Shown: in pieces, positions 44,860 through 55,674 of the stretch
Layout: every line of letters starts with the position of its first letter
How positions within the stretch are numbered: position 1 is the stretch's first letter
Assembly (NCBI GenBank): GCA_963770895.1
Contig: CAVYRF010000002.1
Span: 864,001 to 928,000 of the forward strand
From: an uncultured Acidobacteriota bacterium
GTDB taxonomy: Bacteria; Acidobacteriota; Thermoanaerobaculia; Multivoradales; UBA5704
DNA length: 64,000 nt
Reading direction: 5' to 3'
Made by a program: the position numbers and the translations under genes
Notes under the pieces: generated by a model
Told to the model about the DNA's origin: nothing
Databases searched by the model: none
The model's input: the letters and a program-made list of their open reading frames with translations, nothing else

Positions 44860-46053
44860 ATGGAAAATGAAGCCCTGGCTCTCGACGCCCATCTCGGCGC
44901 CGAGCTGCACCGCCGCTCGTCGGAGCTCACCCGGCTGTGGCTGGACTGCCTGCAAAAGCGGCTCGACGTCAAGCCGCGCCGGATCTTCCCGTCCGAGACG
45001 CTGCTCAATCACATCCCCGAGGTACTGAAGGCCATCTCCGACTATCTCGGGGCCAGCGGCAACGCCGGCGCCGAAGAGCTGGTGCGCACCGAGCTTGCCA
45101 AGCTGGCGCACCTGCGGCGCGAGCAGGGCTACGACGTCGACGAGCTGCTTGCCGAGTTCGAGATCCTGGGCGACATCCTGTACGGCGCCTTGCGCGAAGA
45201 GGCGCTGGCCTTCGACCGCAAGGTGCCCGCCGAATATGCGATCGCGGTGGCCGAAAGGCTCTACCGGGCGCTCATGGCGATCACCAAGATCACCACCAAC
45301 ACCTTCAAGCAGGAGAGCGTGCGCGATCTGCGCGAGCGAGCGCGGCTGCTGGGCGGGTTCGGGCGCGACCTGGCGCACGAGCTGCGCAACCGGCTGGCCG
45401 CCGCCGAAGCGTCCCTCCACATCCTGGCGCACGACGCCGCACCGGTCGGCGAGCGCGCCCAGCGCGCGCTCGCCTCGCTCGGCAATGCCCTGCGCCGCAT
45501 CAACGGCGTCGCCGACGACGTGCACGCGCTGGCGATCGCCCAGGGCAGCGAAGAGTCGGCGCAGGGACGGCGCCTGGCGCTGCGCACGCTGGTGGAGGAC
45601 ACCGTGGCCGAGCTGGCCGGCCTGGCGCGCGAAAAGGACGTGACGCTCGAAGTGGTGGAGCCGCTGCCCGACGTGCAGGTGGACGCCACCCGCGTGGAGC
45701 TGATCCTGATCAACCTGCTCGGCAACGCGATCAAGTACTCCGATGAAACCAAGAGCCGGCGCTGGACGCGCATCTTCGTCACCCCCGAAGCGCCGACGGA
45801 CAACGGCAGCGGCCAATGGCGCGTCGGCGTCGCCGACAACGGCGTCGGCATCGCCGAGGACATGAAGGGGCTGGTCTTCGAACAGTTCGTGCGCGCCCAT
45901 CCCGACATCGCCGACGGCACCGGCCTGGGGCTGGCCATCGCCCGCTCCGCCGTCGAGCAGCTGCGCGGCCGCATCTGGGTAGAGACGGAACCCGGCACGG
46001 GCAGCACCTTCTACTTCACCGTCCTCGATCCGCCGTCCGCGGCGACGACGTAG
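44860..46053 (+). CDS. Soluble sensor histidine kinase with RsbRD-N-like globin-type input
   Basis: HLRREQGYDVDELLAEF, H-box AHELRN, NLLGNAIKY, DNGVGI, GTGLGL. Confidence 0.9.
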   Translation: MENEALALDAHLGAELHRRSSELTRLWLDCLQKRLDVKPRRIFPSETLLNHIPEVLKAISDYLGASGNAGAEELVRTELAKLAHLRREQGYDVDELLAEFEILGDILYGALREEALAFDRKVPAEYAIAVAERLYRALMAITKITTNTFKQESVRDLRERARLLGGFGRDLAHELRNRLAAAEASLHILAHDAAPVGERAQRALASLGNALRRINGVADDVHALAIAQGSEESAQGRRLALRTLVEDTVAELAGLAREKDVTLEVVEPLPDVQVDATRVELILINLLGNAIKYSDETKSRRWTRIFVTPEAPTDNGSGQWRVGVADNGVGIAEDMKGLVFEQFVRAHPDIADGTGLGLAIARSAVEQLRGRIWVETEPGTGSTFYFTVLDPPSAATT

Positions 46054-46082
46054 GCGTCGTCGCCGGGCGGCCGGCGGCCGGT

Positions 46083-47972
<1,890 letters not shown>

Positions 47973-48262
47973 CGACTGCTCCTCCTTGGGGAACCTCCTG
48001 CCATCCTGCGGGGGCCGCCGCCAATCTCAGGGGTCTCAGGGAGCCTCCACTCTTCGCCGGCCGTCGTGCAGGCCGGAGCAGCGGGCATGCGACCCTACGG
48101 TATCTCAGGTGCCGCGGGGAGGCCGGGCTGGGACGCCGGCTCCCACGACCCCCGATCTGGATCGCCTGCCCGGCCGTCGCGCCGCAGCCCAGGGGAGCCG
48201 GCAGGAGCCCGCGGCGCCGGCTTGATAAGATACCGGGCCGCGCCCGCCTGCGCACCCAAACC

Positions 48263-48922
48263 ATGTTCGAGGACCTGACGCGACCGCGAGACACGGCGCG
48301 GCGCCGGTTGCTGCTGGCCGGTTCCGCCCTGCTGCACGCGGCAGCCGTCGCCCTGCTGCTGCGCTCCGGCGCCGGAGGGTCCGCCGCGACCGAGCGCCAG
48401 ATCGACGTCCTGCTGTTCCCGCCGGCACCACGCCCGCACGCCACCGGCAGCGCGCCCGCCGACGCCGCCGCGGACCCGGCGCGGACGGCGCCCGCCGAGC
48501 AGCAGGTGGTGCAGCCCACCGTGGCGCCCGATCCGCAGCCGGCCGCGCCGTCGCCGCCCGCCGATGCCGCAACCGGCGCGCCGGCATCGCCCAATCCCGC
48601 CGGCGCGGAGCCGACGAGCGGCGCCGATCTGCCCGCCGACGCGGGCGGCGACGTGGCACGCCCCCAGCTCATCGCCGCCAGCCGCACCCTGCCCGACTAC
48701 CCCGTCGCGGCGCAGCAGGCCGGCCTTGAAGGGGTCGTCATCCTGAAGACCATCATCGACGAGCGCGGCAAGGTCGGCGACATCCAGGTGCTGCACGGCC
48801 TCGGCATGGGCCTCGACGAAGCCGCCGTCGCCGCCGTCCGCCGCTGGCGCTTCCAGCCTGCCACCCGCAACGGCAAGCCGGTCAAAGTCTTCTACGTCCT
48901 GTCCGTGTACTTCCACCTGTGA
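48263..48922 (+). CDS. TonB family energy transducer
   Basis: TM with SALLH, Pro/Ala linker, PDYP..A...GLEG.V...AV..WRFQPA..NG.PV. Confidence 0.88.
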   Translation: MFEDLTRPRDTARRRLLLAGSALLHAAAVALLLRSGAGGSAATERQIDVLLFPPAPRPHATGSAPADAAADPARTAPAEQQVVQPTVAPDPQPAAPSPPADAATGAPASPNPAGAEPTSGADLPADAGGDVARPQLIAASRTLPDYPVAAQQAGLEGVVILKTIIDERGKVGDIQVLHGLGMGLDEAAVAAVRRWRFQPATRNGKPVKVFYVLSVYFHL

Positions 48923-48924
48923 CT

Positions 48925-48961
48925 CCTGGGCGGTGGTGTTCTCACTCGTCGTTGGCGGTGC
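48925..48961 (+). repeat. Left arm of the 37-bp inverted repeat flanking the DUF262-hipA cassette
   Basis: cctgggcggtggtgttctcactcgtcgttggcggtgc matches the reverse complement of 51979..52015 at 33/37. Confidence 0.8.
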
Positions 48962-49033
48962 GGGAATGCGGTGCGGGAATGACGATCCGTACCGGGCCTT
49001 GTCTCAATGGCAAGAGGAGGACACCTGGCGCCC

Positions 49034-50224
49034 TTAGAGCTGCAGACCGCTCAGGTGGTGACGCAGGTGTTCCTTCGCTTCACGGTGCATGGGTAGATCC
49101 GCTTCGAGGCGAGCCCAAGCAGCCCTGATCCTTGCTGCCATTTCACCGATTTCGCTGGCCATACGCTGCTCATCAAAGTCACATTTGCGGGCCAGCCGCC
49201 TGAACGCTTCCCTGTCAACCCGCCGAAAATCCTTGTTGCCGTCGAGGTTCAACGCCAATGTATCCTCAGGATAGTAGGCCCGCGTGAACACAAGGTCATA
49301 TGCAGGCGAAAGCGCGGCGGTCCGGTCATCGGGATAGGTCAAGGACCAATTCTTGTGATGAGCGTCGCCGTTTCCCGACAACACCATGAACGCCAAGCGC
49401 CGCGCATACTCCAGAAAAGCATTGTCACCCGCCACCGCCCTGACGACCCTGCCGATCGTCTCGTAGTTGTACTTGATGTACTTTTGGCCTGGGTAGAGCT
49501 TGAGCACCTGTGCGAAATCTTCCTGATGGATCCGTCGCCGATCCTGACGATCGTACCGGCGCACCAGGAGGGCCTGCTGTTCTTCCAGCTGCCCGACTTC
49601 GCGTGGCAGCCCCTCCACGCCGGCGATCGGGATGAGCTCGACATCCGGAACTTCAATCCCCGATTCCTGAGCCCAGGTTAAGATCGAAAACTCGTTCGCT
49701 GGTACCAGAGAATGACGGCTGTCGGGAAGCTTCAAGATCCAATCGCCGCCTCGGCCGGAAACGGGTAGGACCACGCCCTTTCCTTTGCGCAACGCGGAGA
49801 ACTTCAACTGCACCCCGGCAAGAGAGAACTTAAGCGGTGAATCGCCGTTCAGATAGGAGGCGGAAGGGGGCTCATCGCCGGTCTCCGGCATCTCGCCCGG
49901 AGCGGCTTCGACAACCACGGCGCCAGGAAGGTCGCCCCCAAGGTAGGCCAGCAAGGAGAGGTCGTCAGGTTCCTGGATCTCGGCATGACGGACGATCAGG
50001 TCGTGCAGGGCGCCTTCGGGCAGCAGGTTGGCGAAGAAGGGCGGCAGGCGGCCTGCCGTCTTGTACGGCCGGCGTGGATCGTCCAGGAAGCTCTGGCCCA
50101 GCACGGGCCTGCGGCTCATGTCCAGGTAGCTGCTGGCAAAACGGAACTCGAAGACATTGCCGGCCAGGCGGCCGAGGCTGCCAACCGTCCGGTCACCCAG
50201 TTTCACCGCAAGATGGTCCATCAT
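49034..50224 (-). CDS. hipA: HipA-family Ser/Thr kinase toxin (N-terminal couple domain + kinase)
   Basis: LPPFFANLLPEG, FSLAGVQLK, WILK, RYDR, IHQEDFAQ, GNGDAHHKNWS, LSPAYD; ATG overlaps the upstream TGA. Confidence 0.92.
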   Translation of the reverse strand: MMDHLAVKLGDRTVGSLGRLAGNVFEFRFASSYLDMSRRPVLGQSFLDDPRRPYKTAGRLPPFFANLLPEGALHDLIVRHAEIQEPDDLSLLAYLGGDLPGAVVVEAAPGEMPETGDEPPSASYLNGDSPLKFSLAGVQLKFSALRKGKGVVLPVSGRGGDWILKLPDSRHSLVPANEFSILTWAQESGIEVPDVELIPIAGVEGLPREVGQLEEQQALLVRRYDRQDRRRIHQEDFAQVLKLYPGQKYIKYNYETIGRVVRAVAGDNAFLEYARRLAFMVLSGNGDAHHKNWSLTYPDDRTAALSPAYDLVFTRAYYPEDTLALNLDGNKDFRRVDREAFRRLARKCDFDEQRMASEIGEMAARIRAAWARLEADLPMHREAKEHLRHHLSGLQL

Positions 50225-51816
50225 TCGGCAACCACCAATGTGTCGATCGCGGGCCGATCGCGATCGCTCGGATCCCATTCGGCGCGGTCGTCCAGGAAAC
50301 GCTGGACATGCACTCTCAGGTCCAGCTCGCGGTGCCGCAGGAACCTGGCAAGGTCGCCCTGATGCAGCGCCCGCGCCGCGGCGGATGAGATCAGATGCGA
50401 CCGCAGAATGTCCTCATCCTCGCACTGCACGAGCTGCCGGCGAAGCGACGTCTTACCGTGTCTCGCCTGCAGAATGCGGTTGGCCAGACCCTCCGCTTCC
50501 GGGATGCTGTTAGTCGACGACAGGCGCCGCGCCGGACCTTCCGGCTGTTCGCAGAGCCGAGCGACGTCGAGGCTATCTCCCGTCTGGATGTCGCGAGGGC
50601 GCAGCGATCCGAGTGCGATCAGCTGCAGCTTGGTGCGGGCGAACCGGAAGCGATAGGGCCGCAGCGCCGGATCCTCGGTAGGGCGCTGGCCTACCTCCGC
50701 CAGAAGGCTGCGCACCGACGCGACCTCGTCGCCCCCCTTGACAGCATCAAGGGTCCGCCGGAGCGACACCGTGTCACCGCGGTGGGTGCCGCTTACGGCT
50801 CCCCGCCAGAGCCACCGAGTGAGCAGCTGGCGGGTTCGATACGCCGGTTCGGGATGCTCGTGGAAGAAGAGCGCCAGGGTGACCAGCGGCAGCCGATAGG
50901 GCATCAAGGAGATGTGCGGAAATTGTGCCTCTTTGACGAAGACAATCGCATTGCGCAGCGCCGCAGCCGTATCGGCCAGCGCTGCCGGTACGTCGACCTC
51001 CGGAATCTGCCGGAAGCTGCGCGCCTGGTCTTTGCGCCGCACGGCGAGCAGGGCGCGCAGAATAAGCTTGCTTTCGATGCGGCCGAATTGCAGCTGCAGG
51101 AGCAGATCGGCAATGCCATGCAAGCTCGACGGCTCCTGCGAGCTTTGGGCGCCAAACAGCGCGTCGAAGACTTCCTCCCCCTTCAGCTGTTTGCCGCTTG
51201 TGTTCATGCGATCGAAAATGTTGCGTAGCACCTTCTCGCCGGCCTCGACCACATAGGACGTCGTTTGATACTCGCGCAGGCGTTTACCCAGTTCGAAAGC
51301 GGTCAACTGATTGGGCCCCGTCAGCTGATTGGCGCTGGCCCAGGCCATCAGGCGGACTGCATCGTGCACCTCGCTCAAGGGGATCCAGAGCGGAGCCGGT
51401 TTTTGCGTCGCCGTTCCGTACGCGAATGCCTTGTCGGCCAGATTGAATCGGATCGTGCGGCCGGCCGGATTGGATCCCGCACCGGCGAGCAGGACCGAAG
51501 CGAGGGTGGTGACCCGCTGCTGTCCGTCGACGATCCACAGAGCATCCGTGCGCCCCTCGGCATCGACGGCAAAGTCGCCAAAGTAACTTCGTGCAGCTTC
51601 TGCCGGATGCTTCCAGAAGAGCAGGGTGCCGATCGGGAAGCCGCGATAGATACTGTCGAAGAGCGCGATGCGATCCTGATCGCCCCAGTTTAGAGCTCTT
51701 TGAAATTCAGGGATGCGAATCCGCCCCGCTCCGATTTCGCTTAGCAGATCCTCGACCGAGATCGCACGGGCTTCCGGACGCCGGTCCAGGCGAGCGGTGC
51801 TTTCGAATACGGACAT
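50221..51816 (-). CDS. DUF262 (ParB/Srx-like, GmrS-type) domain protein
   Basis: IPEFQR..W, FPIGTLLFW, IVDGQQR, IFDRMNTSG..L; start set at ATG 51816. Confidence 0.88.
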   Translation of the reverse strand: MSVFESTARLDRRPEARAISVEDLLSEIGAGRIRIPEFQRALNWGDQDRIALFDSIYRGFPIGTLLFWKHPAEAARSYFGDFAVDAEGRTDALWIVDGQQRVTTLASVLLAGAGSNPAGRTIRFNLADKAFAYGTATQKPAPLWIPLSEVHDAVRLMAWASANQLTGPNQLTAFELGKRLREYQTTSYVVEAGEKVLRNIFDRMNTSGKQLKGEEVFDALFGAQSSQEPSSLHGIADLLLQLQFGRIESKLILRALLAVRRKDQARSFRQIPEVDVPAALADTAAALRNAIVFVKEAQFPHISLMPYRLPLVTLALFFHEHPEPAYRTRQLLTRWLWRGAVSGTHRGDTVSLRRTLDAVKGGDEVASVRSLLAEVGQRPTEDPALRPYRFRFARTKLQLIALGSLRPRDIQTGDSLDVARLCEQPEGPARRLSSTNSIPEAEGLANRILQARHGKTSLRRQLVQCEDEDILRSHLISSAAARALHQGDLARFLRHRELDLRVHVQRFLDDRAEWDPSDRDRPAIDTLVVAE

Positions 51817-51978
51817 AAGCAAGAGTGGGCGACCACAGCAGGACGCCCCCCATAGGGCATGCCGGCCTCGGCCTGGAGTGGCGAAGGGTCGGCCTGCCTG
51901 CGGCGAGCCTATCATTGACGGCGGTAACCTGGCGGCAGACCGCGTGCCGCGCGCGGATCCGCCTACGGCGCCCAGCCA

Positions 51979-52015
51979 GCACCACCAACGACCAGTGAGG
52001 ACACCACCGCCCGGG
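51979..52015 (-). repeat. Right arm of the 37-bp inverted repeat flanking the cassette
   Basis: gcaccaccaacgaccagtgaggacaccaccgcccggg; pairs with 48925..48961. Confidence 0.8.
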
Positions 52016-52142
52016 CAGGCGGTTTGACGGCCGGAGCGGCACTCCGTAAGCTGCAAAGCGGCTGGGGACGGGCCGCGGCGTGGCACGAAGTCCGCAGGCA
52101 GGGGAGCAGCGGCAAGGGGCGGCAAGGGAAGGAGGGTCGGCA

Positions 52143-53528
52143 TTGGCGGCAGAGCAGACCAGGTATGACGCGTTGGTGGCGGGGGGCGGACCGGCCGGGT
52201 CGACGGCGGCGCTGGTGATGGCGCGGGCGGGGATGCGGGTGCGGCTGTGCGAGCGGGCGCGGTTCCCGCGCTTTCACATCGGCGAATCGTTCCTGCCGGC
52301 CAACCTCAACCTGATCCGCGAGCTGGGCCTGGCGGACCGCTTGAGCCGCGTGCCGCAGACGGACAAGCAGGGCGCGGAATTCGTGTTCGCGGACGGCAGG
52401 CAGGGGCAGCTGTTCTCGTTCTCCATCAGCCTGGTGGAAAACCTGGTGCAGGCGTTCAACCTGGAGCGCGCGCCCTTCGACGCGATGCTGCTCGCGGCGG
52501 CGCGCGACGCCGGGGCCGAGGTGAGCGAAGACTGCGGCATCCGCCGCATCCTGCGCCTCGAAGAGGGCGACGTCGAGGTGGAGACGGATGCGGGACAGCG
52601 GCTGAGCGCCGGCGTCCTGGTGGACGCCAGCGGCCAGGGGACGCTGGTCGGCCGCCATCTGGGGCTGCGGCGGGTGATGGCGGACCACCGCAAGGTCGCC
52701 TTCTTCGGTCACTTCACCGGGGTCGAGCGGCGCGGCGGCGTCGAGGGCGGCTACCCGACCATCGTGATGTGCGACGAAGGGTGGTTCTGGATCATCCCGA
52801 TCGACGATCGGCGCGACAGCATCGGCCTGGTGATGGACGTCGACGCGGCGCGCCGGGCGGGTGTGCCCCACGACCAGATGCTGGCCTGGGGGATCGCCCG
52901 CTGTCCCCTGGTGCGCCGCCGTACGGCCACCGCAAGCGGGGCCGACGGCAACCTGGTGTGCGCCGATTTCAGCTATCGCTGCGAGCCGTTCGCCGGGCCG
53001 GGTTACTTTCTGGCGGGCGACGCGGCGACGTTCCTGGACCCGATCTTTTCGACCGGCGTCTGCATGGCGATGATGAGCGCCGCCGAGGCGGCGCGGGGCG
53101 CCATCGCCCTCGACCGGCGGACGGCGCCCGCGGCGCGGGTGCGGCGGCGGTACCACCGCTTTGTCGACCGCAGCACGGCGCCCTTCTTCGGCATCGTGCG
53201 CGGCTACTACGACCATTCGTTCCGCGAGCTGTTCGTCAACGGCACCGGGCCGCTGCAGATCCATCGGGCGGTGATCGCCGTCCTGGCCGGCGGCGTCTTC
53301 CCGCGCCCGGTATGGCGCCTGCGCTGGCGCCTCGCCCTGTTCCACTTCCTGCGCCGCGTCAACCGCCATCTGCCGCTGGTGCCGCGCCGCCAACGCTTCT
53401 CGCTGTTCGGCGCCGACGCCGAAAGCGACGCCGCGGCGCTGCGGCCGGAAGCCTTCGGCCCCGCGGTAGAGCAGCCCCAGGCGTCGCCGGTCGCGTTGGC
53501 GGCGGAAGCGGTCGCGCCGCCGCGATGA
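52143..53528 (+). CDS. FAD-dependent oxidoreductase/halogenase (aryl-polyene-cluster type)
   Basis: GGGPAG, PRFHIGESF, WFWIIP (WxWxIP), GDAATFLDPIFSTG; TTG start after RBS aaggagg. Confidence 0.85.
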   Translation: MAAEQTRYDALVAGGGPAGSTAALVMARAGMRVRLCERARFPRFHIGESFLPANLNLIRELGLADRLSRVPQTDKQGAEFVFADGRQGQLFSFSISLVENLVQAFNLERAPFDAMLLAAARDAGAEVSEDCGIRRILRLEEGDVEVETDAGQRLSAGVLVDASGQGTLVGRHLGLRRVMADHRKVAFFGHFTGVERRGGVEGGYPTIVMCDEGWFWIIPIDDRRDSIGLVMDVDAARRAGVPHDQMLAWGIARCPLVRRRTATASGADGNLVCADFSYRCEPFAGPGYFLAGDAATFLDPIFSTGVCMAMMSAAEAARGAIALDRRTAPAARVRRRYHRFVDRSTAPFFGIVRGYYDHSFRELFVNGTGPLQIHRAVIAVLAGGVFPRPVWRLRWRLALFHFLRRVNRHLPLVPRRQRFSLFGADAESDAAALRPEAFGPAVEQPQASPVALAAEAVAPPR

Positions 53529-54562
53529 GCGCCCACCCGGGCGCCGGCTTCCGCCTGCTGGGCCAGCTCCGCCCATCACGCCCTCCAGCTGCGCCGTCGG
53601 CGCCGGCGGGTGCCCCCCCTGCCGGCACGCCGCCGGTGGCGGAGGTGGAAGTCCAGTCCGACAGCCCTCTGTTTGCCGGCCACTTTCCTCTCCAGCCGGT
53701 GCTTCCCGGCATCGCTCACCTGGCGCTCCTGGAATGGGTGCTGGCGCAGCTGGCCGCAGCTGGCGACCCCGCGGCCGGCGGCGCAGCGGCCGCGCCCGGA
53801 AACCGCACGGCGATCCGCCAGGTGCGCCAGGTCCGCTGGCGCCGCCCGGTGGCGCCGGGCGACCGGTTACAGGTCTGGGTGGAATCCGCCGGCGAGGACG
53901 CGGCCTGGCGCTTCGAGCTGCGGCGGGATACCCAGGTCGTGAGTCACGGGCTGATCTCCTGTGCGGACGCCCCATCCTCGGGGCCGCCGGCAGCCGGCCT
54001 GCTCGATGGAGCGCCGGAGCCGGCGGGCGGCGGGTTTCCGCACCCTGCCCTCCTGCTGCCGCACGGCCCCGCGGCGCAGCTGCTGGCGCGGGTGGTCCGC
54101 GTCAGCCCGGCGGCGGCAGTCGGAGAGGGAGGAGCGGGCGTGGGGGTCGAGGCGGCAGGAATCGTCTGCCACGCCGTCATCCCCGACGACCACCCGCTGG
54201 CCGCCGGCGGCACGGCGCCCGGCGTTCTGGCGCTTGAGATCGCCGCCCAGGCGGCCGCGGCCTGGATGTCGCTGCGGCAGCGGCGCGCTGATGGCGGCAG
54301 TGGCGGCGATGGCGGGAGTGGCGCCATGGGCGCCATGGGCGGCAACGGTGGTGAGCCGCGCGTCGGTTACCTGGTCGCCGCCCGCGACGTGCTGCTGGCG
54401 CCGCGGCTGGCGGCGGGCACGCCGCTGCGGATCGCCGTCACCGCTGCCGGCGGCACGGCGCAGCTGGGAATCTACCGGCTGGCGCTGGACGTCGCCGGCG
54501 CGGCGGCACCGTCCGGCGGGCTCGCCACGGGCGCGATCAGCATCTTCGTCGACGGGCGCTGA
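53525..54562 (+). CDS. Fused double hot-dog dehydratase (ApeI-like + ApeP/FabZ-like)
   Basis: FAGHFPLQPVLPGI, RPVAPGD, LLPHGP, LEIAAQ, RVGYLV; ATGA overlap with the upstream gene. Confidence 0.8.
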   Translation: MSAHPGAGFRLLGQLRPSRPPAAPSAPAGAPPAGTPPVAEVEVQSDSPLFAGHFPLQPVLPGIAHLALLEWVLAQLAAAGDPAAGGAAAAPGNRTAIRQVRQVRWRRPVAPGDRLQVWVESAGEDAAWRFELRRDTQVVSHGLISCADAPSSGPPAAGLLDGAPEPAGGGFPHPALLLPHGPAAQLLARVVRVSPAAAVGEGGAGVGVEAAGIVCHAVIPDDHPLAAGGTAPGVLALEIAAQAAAAWMSLRQRRADGGSGGDGGSGAMGAMGGNGGEPRVGYLVAARDVLLAPRLAAGTPLRIAVTAAGGTAQLGIYRLALDVAGAAAPSGGLATGAISIFVDGR

Positions 54563-54570
54563 CGCTCAGC

Positions 54571-55674
54571 TCAGGGCCACAGGCGGCGGAAGCAGAACCA
54601 TTGATGGGGCTGGCGGGCGATGGCGCGCTCCAACTCGGCGGCGAAGCGGCGCAGGGCTTGGTCGAGGTCGGCCCGGCGGTCGGCCGACGGCGGCACCGCG
54701 ATGGGCGGGCGCAGCTCGCAGCGGTAGCGGCGGCGGCCCTCGCGAAAGACGAACACCGGCACCATCGGCACGCCGGCGGCGCGGGCCAGCGCTGCCGGCC
54801 CGACCGGCAGCGGAAAGGGGCGCCCGAACAGACTGAGGGTGGCGGATTGGCCGCCGGCGCGCGGGCGGTCGCCCTGCAGCGCCACGATCTCGCCGCGACG
54901 CAGGGCGTCGAGCAGCGTCAGGCCCAGCTGCGGGTCCTCGGCGAAATGGGTGACGTAGAGGCCGCCGCCGGTCTGTTTCTTCATCAGGCCGGAGATGTAT
55001 TCCTGCGCTTTCGGATCGGTCTCCGCTTCGCGCACCACGTGGACCAGCCGCGATTCGGCGGTCGCCGGCAGCATCGAACCCACCTCCCAGCTGCCGATGT
55101 GGGCGGTCACCATCAGGCACCCCTGGCCGCTGCGCGCCAGCTCGTTCCAGCGCTCCAGGCCTTCGGCGTACAGGTGAAACGGGCGGCGCGTGACCAGCCG
55201 TTCGTAGCGCTCGGTCAGGCACCAGGCGAAGCTCCACAGGGTCTTCCAGATCCGCGCCTGCCGGCGCGGCCAGCCGCAGGGCCCCAGCACGGCTTCCAGG
55301 TTGTCGCCCACCGCGGTGCGGATGTTGAGCAGCGTGACGAAGAAAAAACTGGTGAAGGTGGCGATGAACGCCCCCATCAGCGCCCCTGGGAAGAACGCCA
55401 CGCCCCAGCCGTGGAACCGGTACCAGAACACCCCGGTGACGTGGAACGGCCCGAGCAGCCGGCGCACCCACCCGGTTTCGGGAGCGTGCGGCGGCGGCGC
55501 GGCGGGCATCGCCGGAGCGGGCGCCACCGGCGCCGCCCCTCCCGGCATCGCCACGCCCGACGCCGCTGCCGGCGACGCCATCGCCGGTGACACCAGGCCG
55601 GCGGTGGCGCCGACGGCGACCCTGGCCGGCGGTTTGGGCGGCGACAGGGGACGCGACAGGCGGTTGCGCATCAT
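54571..55674 (-). CDS. Lysophospholipid/lipid A lauroyl-type acyltransferase
   Basis: TAHIGSWE, ALQGDR, LFG..FP..GP..LA, P.QWF. Confidence 0.88.
   Translation of the reverse strand: MMRNRLSRPLSPPKPPARVAVGATAGLVSPAMASPAAASGVAMPGGAAPVAPAPAMPAAPPPHAPETGWVRRLLGPFHVTGVFWYRFHGWGVAFFPGALMGAFIATFTSFFFVTLLNIRTAVGDNLEAVLGPCGWPRRQARIWKTLWSFAWCLTERYERLVTRRPFHLYAEGLERWNELARSGQGCLMVTAHIGSWEVGSMLPATAESRLVHVVREAETDPKAQEYISGLMKKQTGGGLYVTHFAEDPQLGLTLLDALRRGEIVALQGDRPRAGGQSATLSLFGRPFPLPVGPAALARAAGVPMVPVFVFREGRRRYRCELRPPIAVPPSADRRADLDQALRRFAAELERAIARQPHQWFCFRRLWP

Noticed and set aside
51817-51978. A small hipB-like antitoxin gene upstream of the DUF262 gene
   Set aside because: Only ~160 bp are available and no HTH-like ORF is visible; the upstream extension of the 640-aa ORF looks non-coding.
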